From NCBI GenBank assembly GCA_013239625.1, contig MU053652.1, positions 6,935,902 through 6,999,901 of the forward strand: a stretch of DNA of 64,000 nucleotides. The letters run 5' to 3'. Positions 53,216-64,000 of the stretch are shown piece by piece. The notes beneath the pieces are model-generated. The model was not told where the DNA came from, searched no databases, and saw nothing but the letters and a program-made list of their open reading frames with translations. The stretch is from Lama guanicoe. Taxonomy: Eukaryota. The position numbers and the translations under genes were made by a program. The stretch's first letter is position 1, and each line of letters starts with the position of its first letter.

Positions 53216-55249
53216 GAAAAATTAAAATTAAATGTGTAGTTCACCTTCGTGGTTCACATTACATTTCTATTACACTTTGTAGTTCTACAACCCTTGAAAA
53301 AATAGAATTTCATAAGAATAAAAATAAAACAACTGGTTCCTTAAGCAGAATTAAATTGAGTCCCTTTGACTAACAACAGGATAAACTGAATCCAGATCCT
53401 CTTCTTGGAAAGATCTGAAAAAAACATATTCCAAACACATGCAATTTAAGAAAATTACATTATATCAGTTAGATATGTAACAACTATCATTCTGCAGACT
53501 TATGATCACCTATAAGCGAATAAGGGAGAATTTCAACCATGCTTAAGGAGGCCAGAAATAAAAACTCCCAAAGTCACAAACCAGCCTACAACATAGTCCC
53601 TTACATTCTCTCCTAGTAACAATGTGCTTCTGGCTCCTGAACATGGCCTTGATTTTAAACTATACATATTCTTTTCCTCTCTAGATTTTATCTCATATTT
53701 CTATTTTCACTGTCCTTTTTTTAGAAGGGTAGATGAGAGATAAATTCTAAATCTGGTTCATACTCTGACCTTGGCTTGCCCTACGTTTATATTCAATTCC
53801 TTTCTCCATGGCTTTACTAGCTACAATCCCAAACCACTCAGCCCTAGCTTTGGGCATTTTTCAGATTCTTTACCCTATGAATATAGCTAAAGTAACTGAA
53901 GTGGTGAAAGGATGATGAAATATATTGCACTATAAACCACTAATTACCAATAATGTTTGAAACATGGGACAATTTTCAGGAAATATTAAAAGCATATCAG
54001 GTTCTATAAATATCTCAGTAGAAAGAAAGATACAGGTATCACATGGGGATTACAAAGTACTTCAGAGGGAGATTCATTTATAAAAAATGCGTGAATAGGG
54101 GTTGTGGCTCTTCTAACAAAATATCAGTCCTATTAAAATCAATTTAACATGAGAAATTAAGAGTTGTTATTTATTACTACTTCTTTATCCTTGAAATTTT
54201 ATATCTTGTGCATAATAGGAATGTTTCACAGTTCTAATCACTGCATTTGTACAATGGGTAAGATAAAGGATGTCTAAATGCCAGAAGAAACGTGCACTGT
54301 GTTGGTGAAAACATTATACAGATTTTAGTCGTAAAAAAATTTAAGCACACAAAGGTATACACTCTGAAAAGCAGAGTGATCGTAGAAATAGAGTAGATTA
54401 ATATAATAAAGAAAAGTATGTTTTTCTAAGTCTGACTTGTATTTATAGCTAGAAAGGTAGAGGATTTATAGTGTGATATTCTATATACAAATGGCATTAC
54501 ATTTGAACATATGTTAGTTTGAGCAAATTCTCAAAAAAAACTTCCAAAGATAGAAAATAAGGCATTCTTTTCATAAAAGTAATATGAAACTTCATGAACT
54601 AAGCAACATTTGAGGGGAAGCAGCCTTAAAACTTATTAATTTGTTGAATGGACAGAATTTAGATTTATAGACAATATTTCAAATGAGATTAAGAATATAC
54701 GACTCACTAATGTTGAAACTAGTCGGCTTTTGAGGAACATACAAAGAGCAATATCTAGATACAATGAACCATTCACTGATAACAACTGATATAGAGCATA
54801 AAGAAAAAATGCTTAGAAACTCTTTATCATGATAATAACTCTTGGTCATATAATTTCTCTGGTATAGAGAGGTGGTAATGGAAATGGAACACTCATTTGC
54901 TTTGCATAAAAATCGTGATTTATTCTAACAGGGAAGCATAAAATGAAATTAGAAGTATGTAGGTGAACTTTTAAGTGGGTGAAATGGTCAAGGTTTGATT
55001 TTGAAGTCTTGATACGGATTTATAGAATCAATCTCATTGATTCCTTGAATACTTGAGTATTTTCCATGAACAAGGTGCTTTGCAATGTGAATTATACCAA
55101 GCATATAAGACTGGCTTCTGCTCTAAAATGCAATAGTGTAGAATGTAATTTGCAGGTACCTAAAGAAATAAAAATCGTTTGAATCACATTGAACAACAGA
55201 GCTGGGAAAGACTGACATGTTCACAATGATTATAGATAAGATGGAGCAA

Positions 55250-55740
55250 ACTTGGGCCTGTTTGCCATCAGATCCATGTCTTACTCTTCTCCTCTCAGCC
55301 CTGTAAAACTGGCAACATGATCCCATGAACTGTGTTTTCTAGGATCTTTGATCACTTGGCTTTCTGTTAGACTCCACAAAAGGGAGGACAAAAGGATGAA
55401 ATAAGACAGGAAACAGACTACTTGTGTATCTCAACCTCAGGCATCATCTTATCCTGATCGTCAGTCAGTGCCTGTATCTCTTTCAAGGCATCAGCTTCCC
55501 GTCACTCGACTCTGGTGCCTGAGTTTCCATAACATTACTTTCCCCCTCTGTGCTCAATGTCTAGGCATGGTAGCAGCATCCTGCTGTTGCTGTTCTTATC
55601 CTGTTACTGCTCATTGATGGATTGTCTTACCACAGTTTCCTATTCATTTTCTCTGCTTTTCCATTACAACAACTTATGTACATTAAATTCTATTTTAAAT
55701 ATCTTCAGTGTTTTCTGTTTTTCTGGTGAGACCCTGAGGA
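55250..55740 (+). mobile_element. Old ERVL LTR (LTR33-like)
   Basis: ctaggcatggtagcagcatcctgctgttgct...attaaattc...gttttctgtttttctggtgagaccctga resembles remembered LTR33. Confidence 0.55.
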
Positions 55741-55759
55741 TAAAAAAACATCACCAGGG

Positions 55760-55980
55760 GCTTACCCAGTGCTAGACATCATGAAAATGCTTTAAGTATG
55801 ATACTCTATATATTTCTTATAAAAACCATAAGAAATAGATATCATTAGTGGTATCATTTGCCAGAGGAGGAAACTTAAAGTGGTTTAAATATTTTCGTAA
55901 GGTCACACAACTATAATTAGGAGAGCTAGAATTTAAATCCAGGCAATCTGTCTGTAAAATTAATGTTCTAAACCACTAAA
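55760..55980 (-). mobile_element. MIR SINE
   Basis: cagaggaggaaacttaaag...aaggtcacacaacta...gagctagaatttaaatccaggcaatctg. Confidence 0.75.
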
Positions 55981-56951
55981 ATCCTAGGTCAAATCATCCT
56001 CGTCATCTGCCATGTAGGGAACATCCATTAGGGATGAGTCTAAGCTGTCTAAATCACCAAAAGATGAACCTGGTTCAAACAGATATTAATATCCAAGGGA
56101 TTAGGGCAACACATCATGGCTGCAATTCATTCACATATTATGTACCAAGAAATTAATTTTCTTGGTGATGGAAAATAGCAGTTTAAAACAACCAAATAGG
56201 GAAAACTCCTGACTTCATGATGCTTACAAACTATTAGTGGGTGAACAATAATAGATAAATGAATAATATAAATATATATTACCATGGTATTAGCTATCAA
56301 TAAATCCTATGATATAAAATAAAGAAGGAAGATGTATGAGAAATCTCAGGATAAGTTTTGGAATTTTAAATAGGGAAGTTCTGTGTTTTCTTAGGTGCTC
56401 CCAAATATCTCCTTTCCTCTTTTGGTTCACATCCTAACTTTCAGGATTGCCTCTCCTCTTTTAGACTTGTATGAAATACTATACTATACTGTAAGGGATG
56501 TGGCTTAATGAATGGCCATCAAGAGGCTGGATGCCATGACCTGGAAGCTCAAGAGATCCCTATGAAGTCATCCTTATCATGTGTCCCCCATCATGTGATC
56601 TCATAGAAAGCAGGAGGCCCTCTATTATCTCTCCAGTGATCGACTTTGATGTGAAGTTCCTACTTTCAGTATTTTCAAAACATTGTATGTGCCTATTGTA
56701 TCTCTCTGTGTCTCTTGGTAAACAAGGTAGTAATGCATGGCATTATCTTGCTTGGCATCTTTCCTTGCTTCATTTCCATGCTTCTCTCATCCTCACCCTT
56801 GGTGCGTTCCTCTTAAGTATCAGCACCTAAATCTTTTCCTTGGACTCTTTTTAAAGAAACTGAGATTATTTTATTTTATAATTAGAAATTTGGAGGGAGG
56901 CAGCTAATAAGCAATAGATTTGAGCCTCAGGTATATCATAGATGCCATCTC

Positions 56952-57063
56952 GTGAAAAAGAATATGAAAATGAATATGTGTATATTCATGTATGACTGAA
57001 AAATTGTGCTGTACACCAGAAATTGACACAGCATTGTAAACTGACTATAACTCAATAAAAAAA
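56952..57063 (+). mobile_element. Very short, relatively young L1 3' terminus, related to the 34.7-34.95 kb 3'UTR
   Basis: tgactgaaaaattgtgctgtacaccagaaattgacacagcattgtaaactgactataactcaataaaa closely parallels 34875-34943. Confidence 0.85.
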
Positions 57064-57725
57064 GAGAGAAGAGGAAAAAAAAAAGTTTGCCCAGAAATGC
57101 CAGCACCACAATTCTATTTAACATCTCACTGGTTAAAACTGCCAGTTGGCAAGCCCTAGTTTGAAGAGACTTGGAAAGTGAGTATTTAGCAGCTCTAGTA
57201 TTTTCAGTGAAAGTGTATAAAAAGGAAGGAATCTACGAACGGTGTAAATTGGCCAGGCAGCAGGGTTCACCACATTCATTAAGAGGAGTTCCAATGGGAG
57301 AAAACCAAGGGAATGCCACTGAGGTAATATTTGGGGGGAAAAAATGGCTGCGATCGTCTAGAATTTAGGAAAGACATAAATCATCAGATTGAAATTGGCC
57401 ACTTATTCCCAAGGGAACTGAGTGGGAAATTCACAGGACAATAGGCTCAAAGACAATGGAACCTTATCTTAAAAGTGCTAAGAATCCTGTAACCAGTTCT
57501 AGTATCATTGAAGAATATGTATGACATAAAGACATTCTTTTTCAAATAGTGGAAGTTTATCACTCACACATACTTAGTGGAAGAATTAGAGAGACTAACC
57601 TCAATAAAAAGGAAACTGGAATCAGTGGGAAGAAGTAGAAGGCAAGGAGCAGTAATACAGTCTGAAACCAAATAACCAAATATTGGCTGAGGATAATTGC
57701 AAAGAATTGCAAGAATATACAACTT

Positions 57726-59690
57726 GGGCTGATCATGTAAGTTTGTGTTCCAAAATGGGAGATTTTGACAGTAAAAGGGGTTACTGAAATAATTTTAAAA
57801 TATAATTTTATAAAATATTTTATTGTCTATTGATTTTATTAAGTTGGTAACCCTTTATTATATCTTTTTACATGATTTTTAAATTAATATCATTTCCATA
57901 AAATTAAGAAATGTATATATTCATACACATAAAAGCAAAATTTTTAAAGTCTCCTTATTAATTTTCTGAATCATTAAAAAATAATAAAACAAATTACTCT
58001 TGGCATTTGTTCACATAATCAGTTTCTTAGTTGTAGCTGTTTCTAAAACTGTGCCAACAGACTTTTGTAAAGTACATTTTTTTAAATATGGCCTTAATAT
58101 TTTTAATTTTTTATAAAGTTTCAACAGTTTTTCTGAAAATTGTATTTCGTAGTCAATAAATTTGAAATTGTCAACAAATTCTATTGAAAATTCTATCCAT
58201 ACTTTTTTAATTTGAAAATACTTACTTTAGATGAAGTCCCTTGTAAACTCAAACTCTACTAAACACAGGATATTTTTAACTACTATCTTTTTGCCTTAAA
58301 TCAGAGTTTTTTTTCATTAGTAAGTATTTTCAGAAGACAAAACTCATAAAATTAATTGTCCTTTCTAAGATTATCTTGAACATTTCAATACAATTCCATT
58401 TAAAATATCATTAAAAATAAAACTTAAAGATACGGTAAGAAGGCAAAGGCTATAAGCTCATCCACTTAAAAGTAGAACTATAAGAAGATTCTACAGTGAT
58501 TTGAGATAGTCTAAAGCACAATTACAAAATTTCTAAAATAAATATTGAAAATCACTTGAAATCTCTTTTAATCTGTTCAATTCTTTTCCTGTTCTTACAG
58601 GGATAAATTTTAGTGTCTACCTATTTGCAAGCTTTGTTTTCATCTGTTGCAATTTGCTAAAATCTTCAAATCTGAGATTTTCTAGCAGCTTACTCTTTTG
58701 ATTAAAAATGTCATTTGTTTTTAAAATAAAGCAAAAAACTTAGCAGAGATTTTTATAAAAAATCAGTAACATTTTAGTGCACTTAGACAGACTTAAAATA
58801 TTTACAGCTCAAAAATTTCCGGACTGCCAAGTATTATAAAAAATAGAAAGAAGGCTACCTATACTGCTTTAGTGCATTTTGTTTGTGTGCATATTCAACA
58901 CTGGTTTTGCCATAACCTTTTTACTCTAGATGTAAATGGGCAAAAATTATACATTTCAACAACTTCAACCTTCTATTTCCATTGGCAGAAACGTACATTG
59001 TGTTTGGATGTAAGTACAATTTATGGGCACTTCCAAGCCACTTCCAATGTATTTCTGCTCTGTCAGTTTCTTAGTGTGAATATTGTTTTTATCATTAAGC
59101 TTTGCTTCACCCAAACTGGTTAAAATAGTTGTATCATTCATGTTGAATTTTAACTGAAATTCCAACAACATGTTAGACATTTTACTTTTTTAATAAAATG
59201 AACTTCCAGGGCTATATTTCCTCTGAGTTAATAGGCAACAAAAAAGAAGCATTTGAAGACTAAAAATAAAACCTATTTTTGAAGTTCTTGTAGAAACAGA
59301 GGCAAGACATTAACATCTACCACTTCATTCTTCATGGTATATAAAAAAATTAGAATTCAGTCGTAAGTCAGTTAATATAGAAGAGTCATTTGATTTACAT
59401 GAAAAGTCATGCTTTACAGAAAAGATATATAAATACATAAATGCATTCCCTGTGGCTCTGAGTATCATCTTCCTAAATAATCAAAATTTTGAGGTAGATT
59501 ATGAGACTGTGACATAAATTGGAAATAAAATACTTTTGAGTTTTACTATAACTGTACTATTCAAAAATATAACTATTTTTAAAAACACTTACATAAAAAG
59601 TGAAAAATCTGGGACAAGTGCTAAACTAGATGAGTGCCAAGACAATAAACCAGAAATAGCCCAGGCAAACCAGAAAGTAAACTTATTCAT
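57726..59690 (-). mobile_element. hAT-Blackjack-like DNA transposon with decayed transposase remnant
   Basis: Left end gggctgatcatgtaagtttgtgttccaaaatgggagattttgacagtaaaaggggttact and right end ctgggacaa...aaaccagaaatagcccaggcaaaccaga resemble MER94/BLACKJACK termini. The AT-rich interior looks like degraded minus-strand coding sequence. Confidence 0.6.
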
Positions 59691-60735
59691 ATTAAACATC
59701 ACATTATATTTGGTCATTTACATATGGTATGGTGGCATTCGGAGCAATGCATTTTCAAAATCTGAATTTATTTTGTAAAATGCACAGCCAATGTTACAGA
59801 CTTAAATCTAAAAAGTTTAGGATAATTTACATGAAGTGTTGAAGAGAATTTTACAAGGCTTAAAAACTATGATTATAAACGAATAGAAAAATGAAATATT
59901 GGATGCTTTTATTCAATAAAATAAAGCATATTAAAATGTTTGTGAATTTTGTGAATCCACAGTTGTCACAATATTTCATTTTATGTTTCTTTTCCTTGCA
60001 TAAAATGACAACATGCTATTGTTAAATATTGGTCTTCACTTAACTGTCTCATTTTCCCTCAAGCTAAAAATGATCATTTTTTTCTCATTGATTTCTTTTT
60101 ACATAAAAGTCAGTACATAATTATTTCTCAACATAGAAACTATAATTTAAGAAAGTTCTAAAACATCATAAAGAGTCTTGCCATGCAAATCATATCTCTT
60201 CTTGGTCTCTTACCTGCTGTGTACTGGGATTCAGGATGAATTTCATAATGTATGACATGGGTTAAGGACATACTTTATTGTAAAAACTTGCATAGGGCCA
60301 AGGTCAACAAGCAATTTTTTTTTTTAATAAGCCTCTGCTCCTTCTATCATTTCACAGAGAGGTGTGCAGAAGCACTGACCCTGTTGAATCATTAAGCCCT
60401 CCCTACTGTGAGTTTCCTTTTTTATATGACACACATGGAAAAACAGCTTCAACACTGAGGGAATAAGTAAACTCCTGGATCTGGGGGCCATCTGTTTATA
60501 AAGTCGTTCTGGAGATATTGGCATTTCAACACTTGGAGATCTTAGATATTGAGGAAGTCCCTCATTGGAGGAGGAAGCTCCAGTCCAACAGGAAGATGAA
60601 CTTGGCTGAAAGGAAACCTTGGTTACAGTAACCTGGTTAGTGTATAGGCAACACAAAATGAGCATCCAGGGTCAGTTTTAGCCATTTTGTTTGTGGCACC
60701 ACAAGTCTTATAAAAACTCATGGTGGAAAGTATCT

Positions 60736-60736
<1 letters not shown>

Positions 60737-60794
<58 letters not shown>
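60737..60794. repeat. (TATC)n tetranucleotide microsatellite, about 14 units
   Basis: Visible directly. Confidence 0.97.
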
Positions 60795-62204
60795 CTTACA
60801 TACCACAACCATACAAATACTATTTTACACAAATGATTATTTATGATTAACTATCACCACCTCATACATGATGAATTTCTCTGGACTGTATAAAGATGGC
60901 ACAATTTATAAGCTTCATTTGTATAAGAATAACAAAGTCACCCAATGGCACACAATCTTTCCTATCATAACCATTCCTGGACTTAATATGATCGACCTGA
61001 ATGAAGACACATTCAAATTTTGCAAGCAGGGTATAGTTTCGATCACTTTAAAAACCAAACGAACCTGACAAATTAATTATATTTTTAAAAGTTACTATTT
61101 TTCACTTATGGGATATATAGTATGACAGTCTTACTATCTGTCCTTCTTGAGCAATTAAATATTAAATTTAGTGAAATCAAAAAGATGCTAGTAACAGAAT
61201 TGATTTTGATTCCAAAGGACTGAATTAGATCATTGAAATTTTAACAAGACAGATAATTCAGTTCTGCAGGATATATAGAATGTAATCAGGCTGTCAGTTC
61301 TATTAGAATCTATGAATTATTACTGCTCAATATGCTACTCATTTTCTATTCAATGTCGCCATAAATTCATCAGTTCTCTAATTTATAGTATGGGAAGTAC
61401 TATTTTGGGGAAATGTGGGGGCAAATAAACCACCAGAATCACGATTCAAAGTTGATCAATACATTATATTGTTTACCACTGGCTTTATAAAATGGATTTG
61501 ATCTTCATATGGCTCAACTGTTTTATAGTTAATAAATTTTAAAGTACCATAATTAAATAACAGAAAAAGTTTACTTAAACTTGAACATGATTTTTATGAT
61601 ACACCTTCAAAATATGCTGCTGTGAAAGTTGAAGAGGGTAAAGCTAGTATCACTGCCAAATATAAAGCCCCCTCTTTTATTTTAAAGTGAGTTTCCTAAG
61701 ACTAGTGTCTCTTAACATTCTTTGGGGGAGCACTTATTTAATTATTTTTTAAAGAAGCCCATTTTTATTGCCAAGTGTTATAAAGCTTATAAAATCACTT
61801 AGAAAAGCAATATTTTATGTCCACTCATTAATTGCAATCTACTCTTTGGCTAAGCCATAGAAAATACACATTTACAGTTACACTTTGTTGTGTTTTTAAA
61901 AATTATTTTGAGTTGATATTTTTTCAATAGGGAAAGACTACTTGTCTGTTTTTTCAGAGAACATGACTCCATCTGAAACAGATTTATTTATTTATTTATT
62001 TTATTTCTATATAGTCAAATGTGGGAAATACTGTCAGTATATCCATAAGACCAACTGTTGAGCACAAAGGATGCCTTCTACCTGTTTAAGTAAAAATAGC
62101 CAACCACCAGGAACAAAGACATCTTCTGGCAGTGTTGAGCATTCGCCAAGCATTATATTATGGGACATAGAAACACTGCCTAAACTTAAACTTGATGTGT
62201 CAAA

Positions 62205-62618
62205 TACGGCCAGGTCTTACAGGCCTAAAATCAAGGTGGTAGCAGGGCTGAATCCCTTCTCGAGGCTCAAGGGGAGAAATAGTACCCCAACCCTTGGCTC
62301 ATCGCCCCCTCCTTCCATCTTTAATAAAAGCCAGTAATTAAATCACTCAGACTCTGCTTCTGTCATCAAATCTCCTCTGTCTCTCCCATATTCCTTTCTA
62401 AAGATCCTTGTGATTATATTGGACCCATGCAGAAAAATGAGATGCCCATCTCAAGACCCTTGACTTAATCACATCTGTAAAATCCCCTCTGCCATGTCAG
62501 GTAACATATTAACATACATTATAACGTATTAGGTACATATAACGTATGTACCTAACATAATAGGTTCCAGGGAGTAGGACATAGACATCTTTGGGGAGTT
62601 ATTTTTCTACCTACCACA
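62205..62618 (-). mobile_element. MaLR LTR (MLT1-type), partial
   Basis: aaaatcaaggtggtagcagggctg...ttgtgattatattggaccc...acttaatcacatctgtaaaatccc...cctaccaca. Confidence 0.85.
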
Positions 62619-64000
62619 ACACTCCCCTTTTGTTCACATTCAAAAAAATACAACTGAAACCACTGCGTTAGCAATCATACGTCTCAGTTTCCTGAATATC
62701 AACAGTAATGATTTAGATTTTCAGAGTGCTGAGAAAAGATTTACTTGCCAGATGACTGAAAAATATAAATAGCACCAGCAACTAAATTTAAGAAATACAG
62801 GGCATTATTTCAGAGTTTTTGTTGCATACAGCTTACATAGACAAAGAATGATTTTGTTTCACAGCTACTATATCCATCAACTCAATTTTATCACTTTGTT
62901 TTTCTAAACAAGAAAATGTTTAATAAATCATACACATCTGTCATTTTATTTGTTGCTGTAAGAGGCATCATGTGTTAAGAACAAGTGTTTAGAATTCAAA
63001 GTGATGTATTCTCCCTTTCTAGTAACTTGTAGTATTTTCTTGGTATTTTCTCACCTTGCAGCAAAAGTTTAGAGGTTTCCATGTTCTCCATGAGCTATTA
63101 TAAATCCAAAGAGACTTACCACATCCAAAAAAATAGTACCTGCTTGTTTGATAATTCACAGAGTCCTTTCTCCACATCAGATAAATGCTACTTGACCATG
63201 AGAGATCTAATAAAAGCCAATGTCAATTTTTTCAAATTCCTCCTCTGTTGCATCTGTGCATGGGTCATTACACATCTTCAGCACATCATGTGTTTAGACA
63301 TTAGAGCTAGACCTGGTTCATCTAAATCAATTTGTAATGTATGAAGTTCAGTTACAGATTTTCACTGCTAATGCTTCACAATATGAGTCCAGTATTTAGT
63401 TGTTCATCAAAGATAAAAAAAAAAAACTCTACTCAAACCGAGAACAATTGCTTTTATTTTTCACCTCATTACAGCTTTGAGTCTCACTTTGCTTATATTC
63501 TGGATTCATATCAATTCACCTAAATAACAGATACAGATATGTGTGGGGCTGTCTCACCATCAGTGCAGGCAGCAAACTCGTACTGCAGCAGATGAGCGGA
63601 CACTCATGCAATACACTGAGTAATCTCTTCTGGGGAAAACAGTACGGGAGAAAAACAATGAGAATCATTTTGACATTTCAGTAATTAAATTCATTTTGTG
63701 AGTGCCTAGATCAATCTGACTTTGTCTGAACTCCACTCTAGGATGAGTTATGAAACATGATTTCATTGTATTCAGATATGTGAAGAACTTTCCTTCAGAA
63801 GAACTAAAGAGGAAAATAACTCACCTGGTAACTGTTCTTTCAGGGATTGTTGTACAGACTAGTCTAAAGAATAAATTACTGACGTGAAAGTAATGTATTT
63901 CTGGCAGAAATGTCATTTTAACTTGTTCAGGTGCGGCTTCAAGTACACTATGTCATAGGTGACACTGTACCTGCCAGTGAGCTAGAACTTGGCCAACACC

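Noticed and set aside
60324..60665. 113-aa minus-strand ORF in unique sequence
   Set aside because: No recognisable homology or domain; length is compatible with chance.

Overview
AT-rich mammalian non-coding DNA (intergenic or intronic) dominated by transposable elements. A camelid origin is inferred from a vic-1-like tRNA-SINE head, the 3' end of the young L1 and MER41-like ERV1 LTRs; no Alu, Bov-tA, PRE1 or SINEC copies were recognised. No intact host protein-coding gene is recognisable. The standout is a ~0.94-kb intronless internal fragment of POLR2A mRNA (RPB1 C-terminal core, linker and CTD heptads 1-6; ~15859-16796, minus strand). It is almost unmutated, splits a MIR, and has no poly(A) tail and no target-site duplication. 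It has 2-3 nt junction microhomologies, which fits RNA-templated break repair better than a normal L1-made retrocopy. Other notable items: (1) a young 5'-truncated L1 with a 16-bp TSD nested in an old L1, creating a 999-aa endonuclease-less ORF2 fusion ORF; (2) two internally deleted L1s in which the 5'UTR is joined to the ORF2 3' end; (3) two twin-priming-type inverted L1s; (4) a pair of ~94% identical, convergent, inverted ERV1 solo LTRs; (5) a hAT-Blackjack-like DNA transposon remnant; (6) a SINE-head chimera; (7) candidate minus-strand micro-exons. Repeat family names come from remembered consensus sequences, not from a database search, and boundaries of old repeats are approximate.
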